From the NCBI GenBank assembly GCA_964187785.1, contig OZ076411.1, forward strand, positions 56,978,001 to 57,042,000: a stretch of DNA of 64,000 nt, given 5' to 3'. How positions within the stretch are numbered: position 1 is the first letter of the stretch; each line of letters opens with the position of its first letter. The DNA is from Amphiscolops sp. MND2022. Its lineage: Eukaryota. The position numbers and the translations under genes are program-made. Below the pieces are notes generated by a model. It searched no databases, was not told where the DNA came from, and worked only from the letters and a program-made list of their open reading frames with translations. This document shows positions 12,868 to 26,200 of this stretch, piece after piece.

Positions 12868-14343
12868 TGACTTGTAAACTTTTTCTTTGCTATGGACTTG
12901 TTTTTTGTTTCTCATTTCGTTGATTCTTGGTTCATGCTGCATACCCGTTGTGTTGTTTGTTGTAGTATTCAGTTATTGTTGGTACATGACCTTTATTTTT
13001 TTGTTTTGCTTTTGGCATCGTTACCAATCTGGAATTTACATGTTGCCTACGTTATACAAATTTTTTACATGTGGATTTTGTTAGCTGGTTTCAATTTGTC
13101 AGGAAGCTGAGTAGAGGTGTTTTTTGTTCCAGTGAGATTGCATGGTGGTTACTCACGTAGCCACCAATTAAGACAGAGTTTCATTCACGGAGGTTTACCC
13201 ACAGGTCTCGGAAAGTGGTATTGACGCCCTGTGGTTACACCAAGGTGAATGAACGGAGCTGCACCGCTCCTTACCAATGATCGAACTAATGTCTTGCATG
13301 CTATATATACTCTAAGTGCGTGTGTTTTAACTGGTGTTTAATAACGTAGGTGTCTTTCTAAGGTGTCACTCGTTTTGCATTTTACATGTATTATTTTAGT
13401 TGTCAAGTTGAGCGTTAGCTCTGACGTCGTCAACGCTGATGTGTGTCATGAGACGTCATCACTTGTGACGTGTGTCAAATGTTAACGTCATATTAATGGA
13501 AAATGGGTTTTCCCATGTCCATTACATTTTTTGGCAAGGGACGGTGTGATCCATCCCTTGTTCCGAACTTCGGTTATGTGGTGATAGTGACTACTTGTAT
13601 ATTATACCGTTGTTCTTTCTGACACGAGGCGAAGCCTACGAATCACCAGTAAGAACAACAGCGTCACAACTTAAAGTCTAACGAGGGTGACGACTGCATG
13701 TTACTGTCCAGGGAAAGTGTTTTTGTTTTCGTTGATTGGGAAGGTTTTTGCCGTCGCAAAAACCCATACAAAACTAACACCGAATCCACTTGCTAAAGAG
13801 CAAGCTTCATCTGAATGTTTGCACAACCACACAGACGCGCTTTTGATGACGCACCCATACAGCCGAACCACATCATGGTTTGTCAGGGCGGAAGTGTGAG
13901 TCTAGGTTCTGGCAACGTAACTTAAATGAGTCAGCGTCTTCTTTTATATTCTCAACTCTGGACTGTGACGCGTTTGAAAACAGTTTAGTTTAGTCGATTC
14001 AGGGTTGGTGGGCGTAGAATTGCAAAGCAATTCCTTTGAATTTGTGTGGTTGAAATTTTTTGTGAATTGCTTAAATTAGTAGCTCAATTGCATGTGTTTT
14101 ACATGTACTTAACAATCTCCGGTTAAAGTGATGTGGTGTATATGACTACATTACATGTGTTTACTTTCGCGCTCAGCTGATTCGGTAGAGAGTAACGCTT
14201 TACTCTGCCGGTAAACTAATTGTTGAGGACAGTGAGTATCAGTCGTCACTGAATGGTGGAAAGTAATTAGAAGAATTCGATGGTATGATAGTTGCATGTG
14301 GTGGATTAGACTACATTGGTTTGAATGCATGTATGTATTTTTT

Positions 14344-16576
14344 CTATTGGGTTGCAGATTTGCGTTGCATGAATTTTAAGAGTGCGGGTTTCGCTTGCAG
14401 TTCATGAACAAGAAAGTTATCAAACGTTTTAGGCACGGGTGCCTCGCGAAGGCTGTATCGAGTAATATTGTTTCGTGTGATTGGCAGGGATGTTTCGGCA
14501 GATGATGTGGTCGATGCCTCATCATTATTTGGTTGGATACGTTGTTCAGGCTCGTGATCAGGGGACGGTATGTCTATTTCATCAGATTGATTTTCAGCTA
14601 CAGATTGGTGCGTACGGTCAGTGTGAATGGTCTCAGGTAGAGGGTTTTGCGGAGGTGATACCTCGTGAACCCTTTTGTGTTCGTAATAGATTGTTCCATG
14701 CTCGGAGTCGATTGTGTCGGTTTCGTTTGTGTCTAGTTCCACTGTGTTTTCAGCCGACGGTGGCGTTTCGGGTGCAGGCAGACTATCGTTGAATATTGAC
14801 TGATCGTCAATTGCGTCGGGGTCACTATAGTGACGGGATGCATCGTCGTGTAAATCCTCGATCGGATCATGTGGTACGAATGGGCGGAGCCGCATCCTAT
14901 GTACACACTGCGTTCAGAATGTACCGACTTTTCTGACAATATAATTCGATTGTGTCAAGACTTTGACAACTTTGTAAGGCCCTTCCCATTTGAATTAAGG
15001 GGTTCAGTAAAAAGACAAAGTCGTTTACTTTTAAGGGTGACGCTTGCGCTTTCCTGTCATAGTACGCCTTGTACTTATGGAAAGCACGGATTATGTTGGC
15101 ATGGGTTTCTTTAAATTTGGTGTTCAGATTGTCCACTAACGACTGTGTATCGGTGGCATTTCTTGGTGGGCTGAGGGGGTTGCCAAATTTTAGGTCCAGT
15201 GCGTTGTACGGTACACGGCCGTGGAAGACCTCAGTCGGTGAACATTTCAGAGTTTGATGGTAAGTTGTATTGTGTGCCATCACAGCGAGATTGATGTATC
15301 GGTCCCATTGTGGGCGGTCTACAAAGACGTTTATTTTCAGGATCTGTTTCAGGCGTTGATGTGATCTCTCGATCATCCCAATAGTTTGGGCGTGTTTAAT
15401 CGTTGCGTGAGAGACTTTGATTCCAGCTTTGTTCATCAGTTCAGTTATGACTTGTGACGTGAAGACAGAACCTTTGTCAGTGATAATGTGCTTCGGTACG
15501 TATGCGTGTTTTGTGAAAATGTCTAGCAGAGCATCGACGATGGGCTTCGTGTCAGGTTTGCGGATCGGGATCGCAAACAGGTAACGCGAAAAATAATCAC
15601 ATGCCGTCAGAATGTGTGAGTACCCATTAGATCGCGGTAACTCACCTACGAGATCAATTTCGAGAACATCTTCAGGACCATTGCAGGGGTCATAAATTGG
15701 TTCGAGTGGAGGTATCAGTGTGTTCGGTCTTGCAGGTTTCGCTTTAATACATTCTTGGCAGTTGTTAACAAATATTTAGACTTTTTCGGTTAGGTTTGAG
15801 ATGTAGTACCTTTTTCTTAGTTCAATTAGCATTTTGGAAGCGCCAGGGTGTCCCTGCATGGGGTCGCCATGCATCGTCCTGATTATGGCTTCCGTAGATT
15901 CTGGAGGAACTACAATTTGTTGGTAAGCTAGGTTTCCTACATTGTCAAAAAACTGCCTGTACAACACGTTGTTGACTACTTCAAGTCTTTTACGGTTTTT
16001 GAAAAGTTTCTGAAAAAAGGTACTTGCAAAGTTAACTTGGTTTGGAGGGAATTCTTGCGCAGTAAGCATCCTAATTACCCGTTGAACGTCACTGTTTTCG
16101 CCTTGAGCCTTAACAATTACTGAATCTCCTGAAGGGCATACCTGATTTACCATGTGAACCTGGTTCCGTTGGTAGAATCGAGTGAAGAAGAGTGTTGGGT
16201 CGGAGGGCCTTACAAATGGTTGAACCTGGGTTTTGATGTCATCGATGCGTCTACGGTATTGTTCGTCGTCTTCGTGACACCATTCAGGGAACATCGCCAG
16301 GAGTGACTGCATTGTCGGGTTTGGTGATGTTGTAGCGTCAGGCACATACACCTCTTCTGGGATGTATTCTTCCTCTTCGTCATCCTGCTTAGGTGTTTTT
16401 GAAGCCAGATCAATTTCGACTTTGAAGACTGGTATCTCATCATGTAGTTTGAGGTGGATCCTGTCCTTCGGGTGGATGTCGATTCTAGACAGGTAGTCAG
16501 CAGCTGGATTTTCGATACCAGGTACATGGGCCAGGACGAAGTCGAATTGGAGGGCTTGGTCGCAGTAGTTCCACAA
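14344..16576 (-). pseudogene. Gypsy-B RNase H end and integrase with acidic C-terminal tail
   Basis: LAHVPGIENPAADYLSR; zinc-finger MHGDPMQGHPG; catalytic EIDLVG, ITDKGS, GMIERSHQ; split over ORFs 15776-16576, 14897-15436 and 14344-14895. Confidence 0.92.
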
Positions 16577-19048
16577 TTTTGGTGGTATTCGTTTAGACTG
16601 GAAGAATTTGGTGAGTGCCTTTGTTATCAGTCATAACAATCGTTGGTTTCTTCACTCCCCACAGGATGTGGGCGAACTCGTCGAATGCGAAGTGCATGGC
16701 TAGGAACTCCTTCGCGTACATTGTAAGTGACATCTGGCCCTCGGTGAACCTTTGAGATCCAAAGGCTACTGGCGCTTATGACTTCGTCGGTCCATCATTG
16801 GTTTCGGTGTAGTCTTCTATCAGGAGAACATAGCCGGCTGCGTGTTCGCTAGCATCACACATTATCACTAGCTGTTTGTCAGGAAGTGGTAATCTCAGTG
16901 ACATCTTGGCAGCGTTTGCTAAGTTCTCATTGATGTCAAAGATCGCATCCTTGTGTATATGGGTGAGTTCGTACTTGAAATCCTTCTGCAACAACTTGTA
17001 TAGAGGAACCAGTTTCTCAGCTAGTCTCGGGATGTACTGGCAATAGAACTGTACGAATCCAATATACCGTTGTCGTGACTTCACGGATGTTGGCAGTTTG
17101 ATGTTCTTCAGGAATTGGTCGATTTTGTCTTCGATTGGAGCGATGCCTTTGGTAGTGATGCTTCTGCCACGGAATTCGATTTCGGGGTGACCAAAGGCAC
17201 ACTTCGCCATTGACAGTTTCAGACCGGCCTGTCTGATTTTGGTGAATACTGCTTCAATGTTGTTGACCAGCTCTTCGGCAGTGTTGGCGACAATGCCGAT
17301 ATCGTCAGCGTATTGGGCGCATTTGTCTGCCTTGACCAAGGGTCCAAGTACTCACGAACTGTACTGTTAAAGGCTGACAGGGACCGGTTTAGACCCTGGG
17401 CTAGTCTGAGGAAGGCGAAGGTCCTACCTCCGAAGATGAACGCGAGCAACTGGACTGACTGTTCGTCCGCCATCTGGGGGCAATGGTATGCTTGCGAACA
17501 GTCCAATTTGCAAAAATAACGTTTGCCAGCCATGTGTTGCGCTGCATCGGCCATCGTTGTCACAGGGTGGTTGTGCTGGTTGTAATCATTCTTCAGTAGA
17601 TGATTAATTCTTCTAAGATCGACAAGGATTCTGAGTTTCCCGTTTGGCTTGCGTTGTGCGAAGATGGGCGAAGAGTATTTGCTATACGGTAATGTAGTGA
17701 TGATACCGTACTCTTGCATCAGTGCCAATTCTACCAATAAATCGTCCTTCGAATTTGTTGGTGTGGGCAAGATTTGGGCGTAGACTGGATCGTCGTGTTT
17801 GGGAGTCAACTTGATTTTGAATTCAGTGTTGATCCCAATGTCCAGTCTGTGTCTCGCGAAGATGTCGTGGTACTTGACCAATAATGCCTCAATCTCTTGC
17901 TTCTCATGAGGGTTCAGGATTGATTGTTCCCATCTGAAGTTCGCCAGGAATTCTTGTCGTTGTTCTTCACTCGAAGTTGGGTCCAGTTTTTCGTCCGTCC
18001 TGAGCTTGACGATCTCGTCGTAGATTCGTCTTTCAATCTTGTTTAGCTTCGACGGGTCGTCGCATGTCTCAGGGGTAGGGTACCATCTCCTATCAGTTTT
18101 CTCGTTTGGGTCCTGAAAGATGTGGTTCAAAACTGCAGTAGCTTCGTCTGGGTATTGTGTGATCAGGTTGAGTTTGACATTTGTCACCGGTTGCAAGTTG
18201 TTCGCTTGTTTTGGAGTCATAATCTTGAATGACGCCACTGCTGTCCCCACATTGATCGTGATCTGGTAATCTAGTGTGTTGGTGATCTGCACGTGGGTGC
18301 GGCCCTCCCGGGTCTCGCTGAGAGCCGGAGATATCAGGAGGTGAGTACGTCGTTCGAAGGCGGGCAGTCCTTCTACGGAGCCAGTGATGTCCCCCAGATC
18401 ACGTTCAATCACCACTGGGACGAATACTTGTTGGTTAGGCTGGATCACCATTTTCTGAGTTGTTCTCAGCTCAAGTAGCTTGTTTTTGAATTTCCCGTTG
18501 ACTGAGCGTAGTTGGAGGGTGATGTCGGGAAATTTCATTATGTTGTTTGCTAAGTCGAGGGTGACTGAGTATTTCTTGAAGAATGACATTCCGATGAGAA
18601 CATTTCCCATCATCGGGAGATCCATGAATGTTTCTTCGAAGACTTTGCCGCCAATGAAGAAACGCAGTAAAACCTGCTTTCTGACGGGGACGATGCTACC
18701 ATTGGCGATCTGGACTTTGAACTCTGGTGCGGGGAGTTCTTGGAGCAGGGCGGCTGGGTGTGCTGAGAGAATCCGCCGGAGTTCTGCTTCTGACAGTGCG
18801 CTCTGGATCGCGCCAGTGTCGAGGAGACCAAAATTTTTATAAGCACGGAATTGGAGGGGTACATACAGCATTTTATCTTTTCTGTTGAGTTGCAATGTAG
18901 CACTCAACTGACGGATTTCGTATTGTGGTCTCTTCCTTGGGTTGTGAGTTTTTGAGGACGTAGTTTGTTTGTCATCATTTGGCCGTTTAGGTGGCGTGTC
19001 GTCTTGCCGTATTGGTTGTACGTTGTTTGCTTCGGTACTTCGGTTCAT
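16577..19048 (-). pseudogene. Gypsy-B protease, reverse transcriptase and RNase H
   Basis: LLDTGAIQS; SPIFAQRKPNGKLRILVDLR; KLDCSQAYH; QYADD (ORF 16776-17339, frameshift near 17340); IMCDASEHAAGYVL. Confidence 0.95.
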
Positions 19049-19239
19049 CTCTTTTGGTTTGATTTTGTAGTTGTCAGTGGAATGTCTTGTAATGACGAAG
19101 TTTGTAGTCTCTTTAGTATAGGTTGAAGGACGGGACTGCCACCCCGTGTAGTTTCCAGTATGTAGTCGAGTCTGAGGAGTAGTTTGTTGTTGTTGGTTTA
19201 GTAGCGCACTTTTGTAGGTTCGAGGAGGATGACGTGGCT

Positions 19240-20764
19240 TTAGAAGTTTTTTGGGTCTTCTACGTCATCGTGTTGTTCTATTTCATCATTGTCGTTGATG
19301 TTTTCCTCGCCAGTGTGGGACAGCTCATTGGTGGTGTATATTCTCTGGTTGTTCTGTCTAAAGTCCCTTCGGAATTGTTTGTTTTCTTCTGTTGATTGTT
19401 TGGTGTACGGAACGCTTCTGTATGCTGAGGTGATCGAGTTCCTGTGGTAACAGTCTCGGGCAGAGTGTCCCACCTTTCCGCAGATTTGGCACACGAGTTT
19501 TGAGTTGAACTTGGATCGATTGTCTGGGTTCTGCGTAGCCGGGTTTGGTTGCTGGGTATTTTGGTTGGCGGTTTTGGCTTGCGCTTCTTCTCGCAGCCGT
19601 TTTCTGCATTCCGCCCACTTGTGTCCATGTATGCCGCAATGACGGCATTGCCCGTCGAATTTTCTCTTCGTCTCTCGGATTTGTTGAGGTTGGGCTGTTG
19701 ATGTCGGAGGAGTGGCTGCATTGGGTTGTGGTGCGCTTATCTGATTGAATGGTTGCGCACTGGTTGTGTTTGGGATGAGCTGGGCATATTGACATCTTCG
19801 TTGTACAAATGTCCGGATCTCTTCCATCGATGCGTCGTGTTTTCCTGCCATGGCCAGTTCGTTTTGCATTTGGACGAGTAGCTTGGCGAACAGAAAGGTG
19901 TCGGTTATGTCACTGGATTTGTCTCCAAATGCTTGTTTCGCCACCTTTGTGAACTTGTTGAGGAAGTCATCAAAGGTCTAGGTTGAAGGGTCGTAGCGCA
20001 TCTGGTCAAACTTGTATTTGGCTACTTCTTTCAAGTCTTCTTTTGCGTATTCCTTCTTGAAGTAACGCAAGACTTGGGCCAATGTCGTCTGGTTCGTCAT
20101 CTTCAGTGATTGCCAAAGTTCAATGGCGTCGTCACGCAGCAGACTTTGGAAGTATGTCAGTTTCTGTTCTTCTGACAGTTTTTGCTGGTGTGGCCGAAGA
20201 TGATTGAGCAGTAGATGCTCAAACTCATTATATTTTTCCCGATTTCCTCTGAATAGTGGGACTTGGGTTTGAAGGATTTTCGGATGTTGTACTGTGTCCG
20301 TCATAGTGTCCCCTAGGTGGTGGATTTCAGTGGACAATATAATCGAACTGGTGGGCGGGTGGTGGAGGGTATTGTGAAGTAGATTGTCGTGGTGGGTTCG
20401 GCAGAGGGTTAGTTTTTGAAACTCCTGTCACCATGTCGGAACGTGCACAGGTCTTGTCTGACGCTGTACACTGATTGTTCCCTTCTCCACTATTGGAGGA
20501 TAACTTTTCAGTTAATGCCAAAACTAATCCAGTAAGATCGCTAATCTGTTTATTCATTTCTGAGAAGCATTGATCGATCGATCTTTGTTCTAAGTTGTAA
20601 TTAGTACGGATAAGATTTCCATCGTGTAATTCGTCAATTTGGTCTCTAGAGAGGACCTCAGGGACACTACATTCACTTTCAGTATTGCTACTTCTGTCGT
20701 GTTTATCCATTCCACTCATAAACAATGGGATAGAGCTTCTTCCTTGGGAACGAGTATTGACCAT
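19240..20764 (-). pseudogene. Gypsy-B gag (two frameshifts)
   Basis: Starts MVNTRSQGR at 20764; capsid-like FQSLLRDDAIELW; knuckles CRHCGIHGHKWAEC and CQICGKVGHSARDC; ends DPKNF*. Confidence 0.9.
19246..19252 (-). promoter_or_regulatory. -1 programmed ribosomal frameshift heptamer A AAA AAC at the gag-pol junction
   Basis: Gag reads CCA AAA AAC TTC TAA; the -1 frame is open for 65 codons from 19243 into the pol ORF at 19048. Confidence 0.8.
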
Positions 20765-20920
20765 TGTAAAGAACAAACGGAGTTTAAATATTTTATTGAG
20801 TGTTGATAGTAGTAGGTTGGAAATGTTGAATTTTGCAATATCAAGAACTGATGTGGTAAGCAACTGTACGTTATAACTACACAAAATCTACTGATGGTAC
20901 TATATTTGCTGGTGTCAATT

Positions 20921-20957
20921 ATGGCGACGTTGGTCACGTGACCACATCAACCAATCA
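20921..20957 (-). promoter_or_regulatory. Putative promoter motif cluster upstream of Gypsy-B gag
   Basis: Perfect 14-bp palindrome TGGTCACGTGACCA (20931-20944, E-box core), ATGGCG (YY1-like) at 20921, CCAATCA at 20951. Confidence 0.4.
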
Positions 20958-22037
20958 TATCATTGCGCACTTTCGCACCTTCGCTGGTAATTGCGCAATT
21001 ACATCATAGCACGGGAATAAACTGCAATTGCGTTGTCATAGTTACATGACTCAATACTGGTGTTATGATGTGGTTACATTAATAGCATCATATGAGTGAC
21101 CGATTAATCTATATATTGACCACGAGACTAATAGTGTTGAAATGCAATCTAATGATGGTATGTCATCCACATTACTTTACTACCAACTAAAAATGATGCG
21201 AATTTAGTTTACAAAAAAAGTGTATCAACTGTACGAAAATGGGTGAATGAGGCAAGGTTATTTATGGAAGTTCGAGTTTTGTGATGTGGTTTAGTTCACC
21301 ACATTTTCACTTTCCATTTGCTGTTTGCTGGTTTCTTCTTCATCTTTTAATATGTAGGGTGATTTCCTACATTATTGTTTGTATTTTTCATGCGTCAGGC
21401 ATGACACCGTCAACCTTCGAAGATACTTGTTCATAGAGAGTTATTGATGTAAACATTCTTACAGGCAATTAACACCTCTCTAGCTAATAATTAAACAATT
21501 CAAGAGATTTTCAAGGACCTATCAAAAAGTGCGGCGGCTCATCATCAAGTTGAGGAGAGGAATGTTACAAAAACGGAAGGTTCAGGAAAAGTTTAGAGCA
21601 AATTCGAAATTCTCCGCAGGAAATTCCCGCAGATTTGGGAAAGACATTATATTTTACTGACAACAAAAATTTATTCTGCTGAATCTCAAGACCAAAAACA
21701 GTCGCTCATAAAGCAGTGATAAAAATTGTGAAGAAAATTTTTTTACAAAGAACTCACAACATGACATCACTTGAATCACTGTTGGAGATCTTTTCCCTCT
21801 TTGGTAAGCATCAACAACTGGTCATTAGACGAGGAGATGGAGGTAGAGTCCCCACGTTCCGTACAAGAATTTGAAGCCCAGGTAGACAGCGACACTCAAG
21901 ACAAACTACCCTTTCCTAAAGAAGAACACGCGTCGATTGCAGGAGAAAGTTGAGACCCACTGAGTGATCTGGTTGACTGGCTACCAGATAATCACCCCAA
22001 GTCATAGTTTGCAACAAATTCAGCAACAGTCTAAAGC

Positions 22038-23258
22038 CAGGGATGGAAACAGCCAAGCTGTATACAGCGCTGTATGCAGCCGTAGGCTGTTTGCTGTACG
22101 CACAACAAGTGGCTGTATATACAGTCACTGGCCGCGTGGGCGCGTAACAACGGATGAGATAAACTCATTCAATCATTTCTTGTTCATTTCCTTTCTGTTT
22201 CAAGTTGAGCAATGTAATGTCGCAGTTCTTGCAGTACGATAAAGCTGTTGAAGGTGATTCTGGTCACAAAACTTGCAAAAAATGCTCGATTAAAATTCGA
22301 TTTACCAGACGAAACACTGGACACATTTGTGCGAATGTGGACACATTTGTTCAAGCGGGGCATATCGAGCGATACAGCCCTACCCGTTGGAACGCACGAT
22401 TTGAAGAAATAAAATCATGGGTTCAGTAGGACTTAGGATCACCCTCTGAAAAAATTCTTTTTGCTCAATCAGTCAATATCCTCGAAACAATTTCGGCACA
22501 ACTTATGGTACTGCAGTCAGATCAGGCCAATATCAGAGATGTACTGAACGTGTTTTCCCGAGTACATGAAAATTGGACAGAGAATGTTTCGATACAAGAT
22601 AATGAGAAACGAAAGAATGTTTCACGAAGGGATGGGAGATGTTCGCAAATAGTCGCGTGGGGTCCCTAGGAATTTTCATCTCCTAGGGTTATCAGATGAA
22701 ACGAGGTAATATCTGACTAGGGCGTACAGATCCGAAAACACAGGCTGTTTGAACTGGGTTCAACCCATGCTACCACCCGGACGATTTGAACAGTTTGAGG
22801 CGGAGCATCGCATTATTTTGGATAACGAAGTGCTCTGGCTGGCTATTTTGGTCAGTGATTTTGCAGTACATCAAACAATGGCCAGCGGTCTCCTGAAACT
22901 GACCATATCCGAGCCATGTGTAGAGAGAGCTTTCTCTCGTCATAAGTTGGTCCAGAGTCGGCTTCGTGTAAATATCAGTGCCGAATGATTGAACGGTACC
23001 CTGAACGATACAAATTTGAAACTATCCTAAAAAGTTCGCAATCGGAGCAGGAAGAAACTGAAAACTGGCGTGAGGTAAACACTGATAAAGATTACTAGTT
23101 TTTAAAATCATTATCATGCTGTTTCATGGTTACATTCACTCTTTACACCTACATAATTTTTATCTCTGAACGCTGCATACAACGCTGTTTACAGCTATAA
23201 TTCGGCTGTATTCTGTGTACAGCAAAACCGGCTGTATACAGCAAATCTCCCATCCCTG
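22038..23258 (+). mobile_element. Internally deleted hAT transposon, copy 2, complete ends (1221 bp)
   Basis: TIRs CAGGGATGG / CCATCCCTG; 8-bp TSD TCTAAAGC / TCTATAGC; BED-finger-like CKKCSIKIRFTRRNTGH fused to YSPTRWN; SEPCVERAFS dimerisation motif. Confidence 0.9.
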
Positions 23259-26200
23259 TCTATAGCGCAATGTAGCAAGGTAAGGAGTATTGGAGTCACC
23301 ACGGTGGCCACCCACACCAGACAGAGGTCATATGTCAACGAGCAAAGGAACCCGTGGGCAGACGATCAGAATGCTTACTAGCCACATAATAAACAAATTA
23401 CTGGAGTGGCGGTCAGCACTTGTGGGTGTTACAGCCAGCCTAATCAAGTAGTCCATGAAGATTGGATGGTATGGCAAATCACTCGAGCACTTTTGAGAGG
23501 AAATTACGCTTATGCATCGGCTTGGCGAGACCTAGAAGCAAAAGTTAAGGAGAAGAAACGCGTTCCCGGCTGAGATGCATGTTGGGATTTTCGTCCTCGT
23601 ACCCCAGGGAGTGTCGCAGGCTGCCACTTGTGACGGCAACAGGTAACATGTAACCCCATGCGACAACACTGATACCAAAATGCCCTCAGGAGTCCTACCG
23701 TTTTGAAGAGACCACTAGTCCAACCGGCTGGAGAAGCTATTTTAAATTATATGGCCTTTAATACCTTATTGGAACCTTGCAATTTGTTACGTTAATTACA
23801 ATGTAAAGTAACTTAGTCATGTAATTGCGTTTTATATTAATGTGAAACAGTACACTCCGATTTTGATCAGCATGAACTTTACTGGTGCAAAAGTCTAAAC
23901 TTTATTACAATCATAAAGTAAAAGCGTCCGAATTACTTCTTGCTCTAGCTAACTCGAAGTGCAGGTTTTTGAAAAGGTTGACCAATTGGAAAAAACTCCA
24001 GTTGTAGCCAAACGGATGATATGTACATTATGTCAATAGAACGCCTGGTGTGATATGCTAATCACTATAGGTAATGTAAACGAAACTGTGGTGTCAGTTC
24101 AACTCAAAATGCTTTTTCCCTTTCTACCATATCTTCCCTTTGAAGTATTTAGTCGATGCTATTTTCAACCCTACTTGAAGATGACAAAAGCGTGATGTCA
24201 GTTTTTGGTACAATTTTTATCCCAATTTTGACCTAATTTTGTTTGTTTGGCTGGTCACAATTGACCGATGGACACAATTCTGATACTCTGAGTTACAATC
24301 ATACTGCTGTATTTCCTTCTGATACCGATTTCCTGCATCATACTTCCTTCAATTAGTTCATACTGTTGGACAAAGTACTGTTGCGCTACACTTACACTAT
24401 TTTAACAGCAAGAATTCTTCAAATACTTTCAACAGGAAAACCGAAAGCAGAAGAAACGTGTTCTAGATAATCGGACGTGATGTTCGATCCAGAAAACATG
24501 GATGTGATGTTAGGAAGTTACTCTAGACGTAGGACGGAATCAGTATGATAAAGAATTTGAAGTGGAGGTTTTAGATGGTTATTAAAGACAAATAGCTGAA
24601 AAAGTATTGAAATTACTGCCGAAACTGCAAAAAGAATAATTGCGAAAAAACTAGCCAACTCACCAGGAAACTTGACGAGATTAAGGTAGACTTGAACTCG
24701 CAGCTACTAGAGGCTTTTAACTAGTATGGTATGAGTATGGTATCAGAGTATGGTAAACCTTGAATCATAATTTTCTTTTGTCAAGTCTGAAACTATAACT
24801 GGTCCAGTCTGGAATCATAAATGGCCCAGATTATGATCAAACTGAAATCATAAGTTTTTGTTGACGCGGTTTTGACGTGACCGACAATTTAAATGAAAAA
24901 TTTCAAAAATATTGAGAACCGCAGGCTTTATAGACTGAAGACACTAGAGCCACATTTGACCTTTTGTATCTGCGAACGGTACATTGCAGGTCAGAACTCC
25001 GTTAACTTCTTAGCGGAGTTAAAAACAAACTGTAGGCAATCACTTTGATCTCAGCCACGCCCTAGTTAATAACTTACTCTTTTGTTACAGCAGTACTCAA
25101 ATTTCAGTGTGATTTTCGTTACTTTCGATAACAATTACTAATATTTTAGCAAAATTATGCTGATTGCAAATTCTTTTCAGTTTAGTTTAGCTTTTAGGTT
25201 TCGGAATTTTAGTAATTTCAATAGTGTTTGCGTTAATTGACTACGTTTTCCTATTTTTTATTTACGTTTCCAGACTGATCTTACTCTGGATCCGAAATGT
25301 TTATAGTTCCAGGCTGACCATATTCTGCATCATATATGGTCCAGACTATGGTCAGCTGGGAACCATAAACAACTGTGGTCCAGAGTAGTTATCAATTTTT
25401 TGGTCCCTTTTTCTTGATTCCGGAGACATCATGTCAATATTCCGCGAAAAGGCGTGCTGTACTATGAAATATCGTGTGAAAACAATATTCGAGATTTTTT
25501 TCTACCATGCTGTATGATACGTTTATTTGCGGAACCTAACTGATACGAAATTGTACCATGGTCTATTTAGACTTAAAATAAACACGATGTTGTTGAGTCA
25601 TGAAATGGACAAACAATGCGCAATTTTCAACTTTTTGAACAAGTACTTCAGCAGACTTATTTCGTTTTTCCTGATTCAAACATACCGAACACCCTTTATA
25701 AGCTCACCGACAAAAGTTTGTCTCAAGTTGAATAAACCCAATAGCTTCAAAACATTTGGGCAAACATTGGAAAACTGCGCAAAGAATTGGTGTATTTTTG
25801 CGAACCAAAGAATGTTCAGACTACTGAATTATTGTGAATGCTCAAAATTATGGAACGTGTTTTGATGACTGCCATTAGTGGCACGATGTTTGATCATAAC
25901 AAAAATGGTTTTTTTTCTGTAGGGCGTTATTTTCGGTTCGAAACTAACAGTTGAAACTAATAGTTTATTTCTCAAGAATTTAGGACGAAAGTCCAATTTC
26001 AAAGTCATTGCAAGTATGAAGAAAATTTGCAATTATCGATCCTTAGATTGAATATAATTTTCAAGTGATCACTCATCGAAATGTAGATGTGATAATTCTT
26101 CTCTGGATTTTAATTTATGATTACCGTTTTATCTGGATTAAGTTTGTTTTGGAACATGAGTTACATAGGCTGTCTTATTCGTCTTATTTCTCAGCCCTCA

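Larger units (their letters stand above)
14344..20884 (-). mobile_element. Gypsy-B (Ty3/Gypsy) retrotransposon internal region, gag-pol, lightly frameshifted
   Basis: Gag with two CCHC knuckles; order PR-RT-RNaseH-IN is diagnostic of Ty3/Gypsy; no LTR pair seen. Confidence 0.95.

Noticed and set aside
14344-20884. DIRS/Ngaro or BEL/Copia classification
   Set aside because: DDE integrase follows RNase H and there is no tyrosine recombinase in pol, consistent with Ty3/Gypsy.
20960-21770. 5' LTR of Gypsy-B
   Set aside because: No matching copy near 12870-14340 or elsewhere in the window, and no clear TG...CA plus PBS.
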